DNA of 64,000 nucleotides, from assembly GCF_054482525.1 (NCBI RefSeq), contig NZ_JBTHVG010000003.1. One strand, given 5' to 3'. Source of the DNA: a plasmid. A program made the translations under genes and the position numbers. A model generated the notes under the pieces. The model ran no database searches and was not told the DNA's origin. It was given only the letters and a program-made list of their open reading frames with translations. This document shows positions 49,554 to 58,947 of this stretch, in pieces (position 1 is the first letter of the stretch; the number at the start of each line of letters is the position of its first letter).

Positions 49554-50795
49554 GTGAATCTACAATCCGGACAAAACATACCGCTTCAGCAATCTGCGAT
49601 CAGGCTGAATCTTCAGTACCCTGCCAAATCCGGCTTTAAAGGCGAACCCGATACCTGCCTCTTCCTGCTTAATGCTCAGGGAAAGGTAACCGGCGATTCT
49701 GACTTTATCTTTTATAATAATCTGTCTTCTCCTGAAGGGGCAGTAAAGCTCGTTACCGGTTCTCAGCAGTCCAGCATTGAGATAGCACTGGATCGTGTTC
49801 CGGCGAACGTCAGTAAGATTGCGATCACCGTTGTCATTGATGGTGAAGATACTATCAGTGGGCTCAGTTTATTGAGCATTCAGGCTCCTGGTATCGCTGA
49901 TTTTCAGGCTGAGACTCAGGGCCGCAGTGAGAAAGCAATCATCCTGGGTGAAGTATATCGGCACAATGGCGCCTGGAAGCTTCGTGCGCTCGGGCAGGGT
50001 TTCAACGGTGGTCTTGAGCCTCTGGCCATTAGCTTTGGCGTTGATGTCGCACAGCCAGCTCCGCAGCCAGCAAAGCCCGCTCGTATCAGTCTGGAAAAGA
50101 AACTTGAAACCAGATCTCCGCGCCTCGTAAGCCTCGCTAAAAAAGCCTCGGTCAGTCTCACTAAAAATAAACTGGACACCCTTGAGGCAGCGGTTGCATT
50201 TGTACTTGACGCATCCGGCTCAATGAGTGGCCAGTTCAGTAAGGGCAACGTTCAGTCTGTGCTGGACCGCATCGCCGTTCTTGCCGCCCAGTTCGACGAC
50301 GACGGTGAAATGGATGTCTGGGGATTTGGAGAGAAGCACAAGAAGTATCCAAACGTCACACTGGACAACCTGGACACATATATTCAGTCCATTCGCGGGT
50401 CTGGAAAGCGTTCAGCCTGGGAGAACCTGCCGGGACTTGGTGGGACAAACAATGAGCCCCCTGTGATGGAAGAAATTGTCGACTACTTTAAGGACTCGAA
50501 AATCCCGGTATATGTTGTATTTATTACCGATGGCGGGATCAGCAAGACCCGGGCGATTAAAGATGCAATCCGGCGTTCTGCCAACTACCCCATCTTCTGG
50601 AAGTTTGTCGGCCTGGGTGGTTCAAGCTACGGTATCCTCAAAAATCTGGATGACTTTACTGACCGCCGGGTTGATAACACCCACTTCTTTGCCATGGATG
50701 ATTTCGGTTCGATCAGCGATGAAAAGTTATATGATAATTTACTGGAAGAATTCAGACCGTGGATCGATGAAACAAAAAGGTTAGGCATCCTGTAA
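49554..50795 (+). CDS. terF: TerF (TerD domain fused to vWA domain)
   Basis: N-terminal TerD-like domain plus C-terminal vWA ([17 protein letters not shown]); GTG start with a GGAGAG RBS; 413 aa. Confidence 0.8.
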
Positions 50796-50885
50796 TACGC
50801 ACAGTTTTCGCATGGTTAAAGGAGCTCTACAGCAGCTTAATACTGTAGAGCCTTTGTTCACTGGAAATCGTACAGGGAGGAGCAT

Positions 50886-51017
50886 ATGGACCGCATCAAG
50901 TACCTGAAATGGATAGCTGAAGAATCACCAACTGATGATGAAATCGACAACTACGATAGTATCATTAGTCGGGGCGCAGAAAGGGCCGAGAAGGTTCAGT
51001 TGTCTTTAAGACGTTAA
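50886..51017 (+). CDS. Small ORF (43 aa)
   Basis: Strong GGGAGGAG RBS 5 nt upstream of the ATG; not in the ORF track because of its size. Confidence 0.3.
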   Translation: MDRIKYLKWIAEESPTDDEIDNYDSIISRGAERAEKVQLSLRR

Positions 51018-51357
51018 TATACGGGAGTTTAAATGTTCGCAGAAATCAAAGATAATTATTCGTTAGGTGGATAAAGAAAGGTTGCCATTACCAGCTTTCG
51101 ACGAGTCGAAAATAAAAACCTTATTTATAGTGACAGGGAGTATGAGCTGACGCTTGCCAATGGAACAATAATTAAAAATGTACTTAGAAAAGAAGAGTGG
51201 GAACTGTTAGAAAGCAATTCAATTAAGGTTATATTATAACGAAAATATATTTACAGTTTTGGATAGGTTTCAAACGAGTCCGGACATTTGTACCTGAAGT
51301 ATCTGACATTACAGTTAAGTGACGATTATGTCAGCACGTCTGTTGCTGGCAGCTTAG

Positions 51358-51639
51358 CTATCGGTCTAAAAGCTGATCCATTAATAATTCTTCGTAAAGC
51401 CCAGAGGTATCGGGCTTTATTACAATATCCGTTATTTCGAAGCGTTCAAGTACAAATTGCAGATATTCCGGAGTAACGTAGTAGGGATCAGGTTCAGCCA
51501 GATTAGTATAGAGTGGGTCTTCTGCTGCATTAATGTCATAATCAATGCACATATGAAACCACTGCAAAGGTGGATCCCAGCCTAACATCACCTGAACAAT
51601 TCCCTGATTGCTTTTCACCTCATACCAGTGCTGGCTCAT
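51358..51639 (-). CDS. Hypothetical protein
   Basis: 93-aa ORF in a run of three small minus-strand ORFs. Confidence 0.3.
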   Translation of the reverse strand: MSQHWYEVKSNQGIVQVMLGWDPPLQWFHMCIDYDINAAEDPLYTNLAEPDPYYVTPEYLQFVLERFEITDIVIKPDTSGLYEELLMDQLLDR

Positions 51640-51688
51640 ACTTAGTCCTTAAGAAAATTTGTCATCGGAAAATAACACGAAGCCTGCA

Positions 51689-51880
51689 TCATCGAGGCGC
51701 ATAACCTTCTTCCCTTAACGCCTGTTGTAATTTATCAACTGCGCTTTTCATTACCCAGGCTTCTTCGTCACTCACAGCACAACCACGTAGATCGCTCCAG
51801 CTCAGACGTTTAACAAATTGAGCAAGGGCCATAGTTTCGTTCTCATCAAGCCGCAAACTCAGTGTCTCAATACCTTCCAC
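51689..51880 (-). CDS. Small hypothetical protein
   Basis: 63-aa ORF. Confidence 0.3.
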   Translation of the reverse strand: MEGIETLSLRLDENETMALAQFVKRLSWSDLRGCAVSDEEAWVMKSAVDKLQQALREEGYAPR

Positions 51881-51971
51881 TATCTAACCTCCCTTATAAT
51901 GAAAAATGGCGCTTTACTTCTGACCAGATGCCGAAGCCTTGAATGCAGCCGGAACTGTCGTTGTTTCTACT

Positions 51972-52343
51972 TTACAGAAATGGAATTAAAAAGTGGTGAT
52001 GCTGGGCACGTTTCTTTTCCAGCCGGGGTTTAAGCCAGAGCTGAAACTCATTCAACTTCTCAGCAGCCAAAACCGCTTCAACGGGGAAAACTTTATATTT
52101 ACCCTGTTGCTGAGGTTCACCCAGCCATCGCCTGATGGCTCCGTCAGTCCATAAACGAGTCTCTTTTAGCCTAGTTACAGTGACCCATTTTCTGGACCAT
52201 TCATCAAATTGTCGCTGGCGATCCCGATAACGTTGTTCTTCCTGCTGCCGAAGCCACTCGCGATCAACAGCAAATTTTCGGTATCCAACAAAGAGCCCTT
52301 GTACTTTGGCCATGTCATATTCCGGTTGCTTAGAGTTACTCAT
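51972..52343 (-). CDS. Hypothetical protein
   Basis: 123-aa ORF with a basic, R/Q/E-rich segment. Confidence 0.35.
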   Translation of the reverse strand: MSNSKQPEYDMAKVQGLFVGYRKFAVDREWLRQQEEQRYRDRQRQFDEWSRKWVTVTRLKETRLWTDGAIRRWLGEPQQQGKYKVFPVEAVLAAEKLNEFQLWLKPRLEKKRAQHHHFLIPFL

Positions 52344-52646
52344 TCAACCAAAACCTAAACGTCGATACAAACTCTGTTTCATAACCAGGGTTTTATCCTT
52401 ACCGCGACAGTAAGTAACAGGGGCTGCATAAACCGGTCATTTAGTCCGTTATGCAAAAATTATTGAGGATCCGGGCTGTTAAACTGTTCTTCCTCTTTCG
52501 CTTCCGGTGAAAAGGGGAGGTGTCACCCTGCGAGCCCGTGTAGTGAAAGGGATTCGTCGTAATACAGGCCAAAGGCTAACATGACCGCAAAGGACGCCCG
52601 GGCGACCGGATACCTGCCGGGTTGTGCGATGTAAAATCCGGAAGCA

Positions 52647-53078
52647 GTGATAACACAAACAGGCCCCTACAGCGTAAGGATTGTGATGGACGATAAAGAG
52701 CAGTTTACGAATCTTGTGGCAAAGCATGCCTCCGGACTCACCGAAGAGCAGCTGGCCGGGTACGATGCCTGTTCCCTGGATGGTGAATGCGTCACGCCTT
52801 CATACGAGGTTTTCCGGGGGTATCGTACCCGCCACACACTGGATGAATTTCTGGAGATGGCCATATCGCTGAATGCCATCCACCCGGATGAATATTTAAC
52901 GGATATGCTGCTGAAGCCTCATGAGGTGATCGGCGCTCTGGCCGATGAAGGCGACCAGCTGAACAACGCCACCCCGGTTTATTTCTTTCCGGATACCGGC
53001 GTCTATGCAGCGGCCGTTAGTGAAACCCGGGTGCTCGATGCCTGGCTTTGCTGGCCATGCTACCCGGCGAACTGGTAA
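52647..53078 (+). CDS. Hypothetical protein
   Basis: 143-aa ORF; no recognised motif. Confidence 0.4.
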   Translation: MITQTGPYSVRIVMDDKEQFTNLVAKHASGLTEEQLAGYDACSLDGECVTPSYEVFRGYRTRHTLDEFLEMAISLNAIHPDEYLTDMLLKPHEVIGALADEGDQLNNATPVYFFPDTGVYAAAVSETRVLDAWLCWPCYPANW

Positions 53079-53552
53079 CGCGGCCGTTGGAATTGCACCG
53101 GCCGGATACGAATTTAACCGACCCCGTGGCGGGAAGGCTATCAGAGTTGCATGTCCTCATCCCTCAAGCCCCCTGCCAGGCCCCAACGTGCTGTCAGGCT
53201 TCGCCTGATTCCCGATCTGCGCCGATACTTCAGCCGATAACTTTTTGTTTTCTTTTTATTTTCTTCCCATTTCCTCAAAAATCGCGGGCGGCGTGGACAG
53301 GGCACCATTGCCGCATGTGGGGTCTTAATAAGGGCAGGGTGGTCAGTTTTGCTCGATGCCAGGGTTAGGCCCTCCCCTTCATGGGATGAGGACATGCAAG
53401 TAAGCTAACTATCTGAAATGACGAAGGTTCATTTGGTGAATGTCGCTTCATATTAATGTTGTGTCACTTATGATCGTATGTAGCTGGTTGCAAAGAGGAG
53501 CGATGAGACAATAAAGTTGTATCGCTAACAAGATTTATGCTGCCACATAGTA

Positions 53553-53620
53553 ACAGCCTAAAAGTTGTACGCCCTATTTAACAGCTTTTAGGCTGTTAAT
53601 TTGATATTACAGCTTTTAGG
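53553..53620. promoter_or_regulatory. Operator-like repeat array upstream of hipB
   Basis: 12-bp motif ACAGCTTTTAGG occurs at 53581 and 53609 as direct repeats, with an inverted near-copy ACAGCCTAAAAG at 53553; 60-120 bp upstream of hipB. Confidence 0.35.
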
Positions 53621-53678
53621 GTGTATGTTTAGGAAACAGCCTGCAAGGTGTATCAGAGGAAACTACTGAGGCCAGCTT

Positions 53679-53975
53679 ATGATCAATAATGATTACCCGT
53701 TAAACACGCTCAACCAGCTGCGTCCCTTGCTCATTGGTTTTCGCAAGGCGAATGGCCTGACGCAAAAAGACCTGTCCGAAAGGTTAGGCGTCACTCAACA
53801 GACATACTCACGTCTGGAAGCCAACCCTGCCAGTGCGAGCATTGAACGGCTATTCAAGGTGTTTTCCATCCTGGGCGTAAAAATCAGCTTCTCCTCGGCA
53901 ACCACCTCTTCAGAGAGGAAGCAGACGGAAGAAATGCTTAAATCAAACTCACCTGCACGACAGGAGGATTGGTAA
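53679..53975 (+). CDS. hipB: HipB-like XRE-family antitoxin
   Basis: HTH segment GLTQKDLSERLGVTQQTYSRLE; stop 4 nt before the hipA start. Confidence 0.75.
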   Translation: MINNDYPLNTLNQLRPLLIGFRKANGLTQKDLSERLGVTQQTYSRLEANPASASIERLFKVFSILGVKISFSSATTSSERKQTEEMLKSNSPARQEDW

Positions 53976-53979
53976 CGAT

Positions 53980-55305
53980 ATGAGCCGGAAACAGCAACGT
54001 CTGGTAATTTGGATGAACGGCATCAAAGTCGGGTACTGGGAAAAAAGCAAAGGGGTAGACAGCTTAGAATACCTTCCTGAATGGGTTGCTGACGAACAGG
54101 GAAGGCCGCTGTCATTGTCCCTTCCTTTTACTCCCGGGAACCAGGTCTGGCGTGGAAATGTGGTACGTGACTATTTTGATAATTTACTGCCGGACAGCGA
54201 AGGCATACGCAGACGTCTGGCAATGCGTTACAAGGCCGATAGCCTGGAGCCTTTTGATCTGCTGACGGAGCTGGGAAAAGACTGCGTGGGCGCGATACAG
54301 CTGCTTCATGACGGAGATGAACCCACTGATTTATATTCCGTGAAGTATCACCCGCTTACTGAATCAGAAATTGCGGCAACTTTGCGTAATACCACGGAGA
54401 CATTGCTACCGGGCAGGCCAGAAGATAACGACGACTTACGTTTATCTATTGCCGGTGCTCAGGAGAAAACAGCCCTACTGTGGCATGAAGAACGGTGGTG
54501 TATGCCGGAGGGTAATACACCAACGACGCATATATTCAAGCTACCGCTCGGACTTGTGGGGAACATGAAAGCCGACATGAGCTCGTCGGTTGAAAATGAA
54601 TGGCTCTGCTCGGTACTTCTCGGCCAGTACGGGCTCCCCGTGGCAAGAACGCAGATTGCTCACTTTGAAGATCAGAAAGCGCTGGTGGTAGAACGTTTTG
54701 ACCGAAAATGGTCAGGAGACGGACAATGGATCATTCGTTTACCCCAGGAGGATATGTGTCAGGCCCTGGGCGTTTCGCCATTACGAAAATATCAGGCGGA
54801 CGGCGGGCCAGGTATATCGGAAATTATGGAGGTTCTGAGTAATTCAGACCGTGCTGAGCGTGACAAAGCGCAGTTTTTTATGACGCAGATAATTTTCTGG
54901 ATGATGGCCGCAACAGATGGCCACGCTAAAAATTTCAGTATTTCTATTGGGCCACAGGGACGTTATCACCTTACACCAAACTATGATGTGTTGTCGGCAT
55001 GGCCGGTGATCGGTCATGGGAACAATCAGATATCCTGGCAGAAGTGCAAACTGGCGATGGCCGTACGTGGCAGTAGCAACTATTACCAGATATATCGAAT
55101 ACAACGACGCCACTGGATCAGGCATGGTGAGATAACCGGCCTGAGTAAACAGCAGACAGAGGCGATGATAGAGGAAATCATCGCCAGAACCCCGGGTGTC
55201 ATTGAACGTGTTAGCGGGCTTCTTCCGGACCAGTTCCCCCAGCAGCTTGCGGAAAGTATTTTTGATGGAATGAGGCAGCAATGCAGGCGCCTGGCTGAGA
55301 AATGA
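53980..55305 (+). CDS. hipA: HipA-family Ser/Thr kinase toxin
   Basis: 441 aa with HipA-like blocks SIAGAQEKTALLWHEERWCMP and GHAKNFSI. Confidence 0.85.
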   Translation: MSRKQQRLVIWMNGIKVGYWEKSKGVDSLEYLPEWVADEQGRPLSLSLPFTPGNQVWRGNVVRDYFDNLLPDSEGIRRRLAMRYKADSLEPFDLLTELGKDCVGAIQLLHDGDEPTDLYSVKYHPLTESEIAATLRNTTETLLPGRPEDNDDLRLSIAGAQEKTALLWHEERWCMPEGNTPTTHIFKLPLGLVGNMKADMSSSVENEWLCSVLLGQYGLPVARTQIAHFEDQKALVVERFDRKWSGDGQWIIRLPQEDMCQALGVSPLRKYQADGGPGISEIMEVLSNSDRAERDKAQFFMTQIIFWMMAATDGHAKNFSISIGPQGRYHLTPNYDVLSAWPVIGHGNNQISWQKCKLAMAVRGSSNYYQIYRIQRRHWIRHGEITGLSKQQTEAMIEEIIARTPGVIERVSGLLPDQFPQQLAESIFDGMRQQCRRLAEK

Positions 55306-55365
55306 CAGCCGCAATTTATAGTGTGCATGTTTTCAGAATAGCTGATGTAAGCGTGAGGATTCAGT

Positions 55366-55572
55366 ATGACTGAAGAACAAAAAAGAATAGAGCGGGCTAT
55401 TGAGTTGGCTTGTCGTTACGGCGGAACCGATGAAATGCATCATCTGCAATGGGTCGTGGATCAGATGGTAAGAGAACTTGCTGGAGAACGTTATGCACAG
55501 ATTGTAGCTGATGCCACCAGCGGAGAAGATGGGCCTGATACTTACAAATGGAGTGTTGGGATCGCGCCTTAA
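55366..55572 (+). CDS. Small hypothetical protein
   Basis: 68-aa ORF. Confidence 0.3.
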   Translation: MTEEQKRIERAIELACRYGGTDEMHHLQWVVDQMVRELAGERYAQIVADATSGEDGPDTYKWSVGIAP

Positions 55573-55673
55573 CAGCTGTCGGTCTGGGGGTGAAAACGTA
55601 TTCTTCATTCAGCGAATTCCCAGGCTTCACATTAAGACTAAAGCGGCGGCCGCAGTAACGTAAGAGAAAATAA

Positions 55674-56084
55674 ATGGCTATTTTAGCAATCATTGCAGTT
55701 ATCGCCCTGGGTGGGTACGCCTACGGATTTATTAAAACCCGTGAGCTGAGCGCTTTGCGTAAAGAAATGAAACTATACGTGGATCGCATGGAAGCGGCGG
55801 AGCTGGACTTACACGCAATCAGAAGTGTAGCGGAGCACCGGTTGCACGGTGCAGGTAAACAGTTTGCCGACCTTTACAGCCGTATCGACGGTGCAACTGT
55901 GACGCTGACACCCGAAGATCAGCTGTTACTGGCAACGATGCCATTTAATATTCAGGATGTAGAAGACATCGTAAACGAGCGCGGTCCAAAGACAATTAGC
56001 GGCCGTCCATTCTGGGAAGTTGAGCCAGGCCCGCATGATTATGAATATGGCCCGCAATATCCGTATTTCCCAGACCAGCGCTAG
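55674..56084 (+). CDS. Hypothetical protein with N-terminal TM helix
   Basis: MAILAIIAVIALGGYAYGFI; ends 12 nt before the HNH gene. Confidence 0.4.
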   Translation: MAILAIIAVIALGGYAYGFIKTRELSALRKEMKLYVDRMEAAELDLHAIRSVAEHRLHGAGKQFADLYSRIDGATVTLTPEDQLLLATMPFNIQDVEDIVNERGPKTISGRPFWEVEPGPHDYEYGPQYPYFPDQR

Positions 56085-56096
56085 GAAGAGATCAAG

Positions 56097-56912
56097 ATGA
56101 GAGAGCCAAGACCACGCCATACCTTGCAGGTCATTCGTGTACCTTCTCTGGAGGTTCAGGACCTGGGGCTGACCAGCTTTGATAGCTGGCTTGACGAGCA
56201 CGGGTATGACAAAACGAATGCCAGAAATAACCGTACCATCTGGGCGAGAGAAGGCGGATGGCATCTGAAACGTTGCAGAAATCTTGAAACTGGCACGGAC
56301 GATTTCTGGTTTATCGCTTTCGATGGTAAAGGCGGGAAGATTTACCCGCTGAAAACCCAAAGAGACTACCGGGCTGCATATCGTAAGCTGGAAGCAGAAG
56401 GTTATGCGCCTGCGGTCATCGAGCAAATGACCACAGGCGCAGCATATAACCTGGCCTATCCACGTTCCACCCTAAAACAAGCTGAGACGGCCACCAGCGA
56501 GCCAATTCGGAAACCTGACGTAGATATCCAGGGTGAGCACTGCGAGCGCGTAGTGACGCAACGTAGTGGCGTGGCACAGGGTAAATTCAAAGCTCTGCTC
56601 ATCGAGAATTTCGCAGGCCGTTGTGCGGTAACCGGTTGGGTTAATGGAGGTGTCCTGGATGCGGCACACATTGAACATGGAACCCGGTACAATCCGTCTA
56701 ATGGCATCCTGATGACTCCAACAATGCATGCGCTGTTTGATGCCGATCTTATGGGCATAGATCCGGCCACCCTGACCGTTCATTTTAAGCCAGGCATTGA
56801 GGTGGGCGAGCTGTTTGAAGGCCGTAAAATCACACCGCTGGTGTACGATCTGGACTTAGAGCGGCTGGCCGTACGCTGGGCAGAATACCAGGGCCTTGCT
56901 CAGGACCAATGA
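56097..56912 (+). CDS. HNH endonuclease with N-terminal extension
   Basis: HNH core CAVTGWVNGGVLDAAHIEHGTRYNPSNGILMTPTMHALFD; AGGAAGAG RBS. Confidence 0.75.
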   Translation: MREPRPRHTLQVIRVPSLEVQDLGLTSFDSWLDEHGYDKTNARNNRTIWAREGGWHLKRCRNLETGTDDFWFIAFDGKGGKIYPLKTQRDYRAAYRKLEAEGYAPAVIEQMTTGAAYNLAYPRSTLKQAETATSEPIRKPDVDIQGEHCERVVTQRSGVAQGKFKALLIENFAGRCAVTGWVNGGVLDAAHIEHGTRYNPSNGILMTPTMHALFDADLMGIDPATLTVHFKPGIEVGELFEGRKITPLVYDLDLERLAVRWAEYQGLAQDQ

Positions 56913-57165
56913 AGGGTGACAGCCAGGTTGTGCCTAAACCTGGCAGTAAAACCTGCATGCCACAAACCTTTAAATTCTGACTCAAGAGCCTGGCACAAGA
57001 TAAAAGCGAAATGAAAAGGTTAAAACCGGTGCACCAGACCTCTTAGGTTTAATACCTGAGCCAGTATACTGGCAGTCTCAGGTAAGTGGGTATCATACAC
57101 TTCAGAAATATCCACACCGAGATAACCGCAACAGTTAAAGAGCTAAAAAGGACGGTTTTAATTTT

Positions 57166-57591
57166 ATGAATAAAACAGCTTTAATTATGATTCTGGGAAT
57201 CCTCGGATGTGGTAAAGCATTTGCAGCCACTGAATTACAGCTCCAGCAAAAACGCGTTATGCATTTCTGTGCCAATGCCAGCCTTCCGTTGTTGATTGCC
57301 GGTACAACTTATGCGAATACGTCTGACAATGGACGACCAGAAAAAGAAAGAGTGGCAATCCTGAAAAATTCAGTTGCAAGCTCGACAGCTTATAAAATGG
57401 CATCTCCCGGAGTTCAGATGGCCATGATGAGCGTGGTGGAAGATATTGCCGATCCGAAAGAATTAGCTCTACATCAAAAAGAAGTTAGACGTCTTGGGGC
57501 TAGTTATCTTTCCGACAGCGGTGTTTCATGGGCTTCAAAAACTGTTTCACCATTTACAGCCTGGTGTAACTTTAACCGTTTAGAAAGTTAA
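57166..57591 (+). CDS. Secreted/periplasmic hypothetical protein
   Basis: Signal peptide MNKTALIMILGILGCGKAFAA. Confidence 0.45.
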   Translation: MNKTALIMILGILGCGKAFAATELQLQQKRVMHFCANASLPLLIAGTTYANTSDNGRPEKERVAILKNSVASSTAYKMASPGVQMAMMSVVEDIADPKELALHQKEVRRLGASYLSDSGVSWASKTVSPFTAWCNFNRLES

Positions 57592-58044
57592 GGCTGGCAA
57601 GGCGGTTCCTGTTCAGGAAAGTTACTTTCCGTGCGGGGACCGTAAGATACAGATAAAGCTTAAGGCCTTTGAATTTTTGGAAAGCATTTGAAAATTTCAT
57701 TGCGCTTGTCTGATATGAAACAGCCCTGCATTTCTGCAAAGGCTGAAAGAGTGTGTACGGACTTTGGAAGGAGTGATGATATACGCCTGAGCCATCCCAT
57801 CACCGCAGACAGGGTAATTAACCCTGACTAAAGCTTTCACCTATTCCGTCGCTCGCAAGCGGCTTTCGCACACTAACGAAGGTATGGCCTTTCGTCGGTG
57901 TTAAATTTTTCGGCTATTTGCAATCTGAGGTTGGATTGTAGATTTTAGTTAGAAATGGATCAAAGTCCGTTTTGTGCAAAACTTGGTTGACAACCCTCTT
58001 TTGGATGATGTGCCGTTTCGTGCAAAAGTTGGTTGGAGGCCAAG

Positions 58045-58287
58045 ATGGCAGAGTTCGTAGGTTCGGCTGCTTCGCAAGCTGATTTCATTTGGAAGAACGC
58101 GGAAGACCTGTGGGGGGGGGATTTCAAGCATACCGACTTCGGCAAGATCATTTTGCCGTTTACCCTGCTGCGTCGATTGGAGTGCGCACTGGAGTCTACA
58201 CGGGAAGCATCGCTCGATAGCCAACCAGCCACGATTGAGTTCTTAGAAGCAGAGTTCAGTGTTGATTTCGATGCGCTGCTATCTTGA
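58045..58287 (+). pseudogene. N-terminal fragment of an HsdM-like N6-adenine methyltransferase
   Basis: [36 protein letters not shown] matches the HsdM N-terminal domain pattern; the reading frame ends at a TGA after about 80 aa with no methyltransferase catalytic domain; GGAGG RBS; contains a G9 tract at 58112-58120. Confidence 0.45.
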
Positions 58288-58947
58288 CCGCCAATCAGAC
58301 CCGCATGGTTCAGGTTTGTGTATGAGAGTCCCCAAATGGCTGTAGTTCTAACCAAAGCCTTGATTGAAGCCGGCCGCACCGGAAATAGTGGGTACAGAAA
58401 AAAGCAGTTGCTTGCGCTGGGCGTAAGTAACCCGCCGAAAAGCGGCTGGATCGAACGACTGATCGGCACTGAGGTATCTGACGAGCAGTACGAACGCTTT
58501 CTGGGGCACAGCACGAGCAAGCTGCATATTCCGGTCGAAAATGAACACCTATTCCGGTTTAAAATGAACGCTGATTCCGGCTTGCGTGTACACCGATTCC
58601 GGACACCTCAGTGCACGTACTCTGATGTCAGATGAACCGTCCTGTTCCAACGTCTTGGATCCACAACTGCCGCGCTGCGCTTGGCTGCTGGCTTGTTCAG
58701 TGAGTCGAAAAGATGCCTCCCCTCAAAGCTCAGCTTCTGCTCGAAGAATCCCTGTCCGCATACTTTCCGGAATCACTGTTCAACTTCACCGGAATACGCA
58801 CAAGCAGGCTGAACAGATCCTACGCGGAGAGCAGCCAGCCAAGGGGCTTCAGTATGCAAAGCGAGCGAAGAAGCTCGCTTCTGAAAGAAAAGCCACAATT
58901 GATCTGGATAACGAGCACCTGTCTGAAATCGAAAAGTATCGGTAGCC

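Noticed and set aside
57960-58520. 186-aa minus-strand ORF
   Set aside because: Antisense to the hsdM-like fragment region; no RBS, Ser/Leu-rich translation.
58045-58635. A functional Type I restriction-modification system
   Set aside because: Only an N-terminal methyltransferase-like fragment is present, ended by an in-frame stop; no catalytic methyltransferase domain, hsdS or hsdR is seen in the window.
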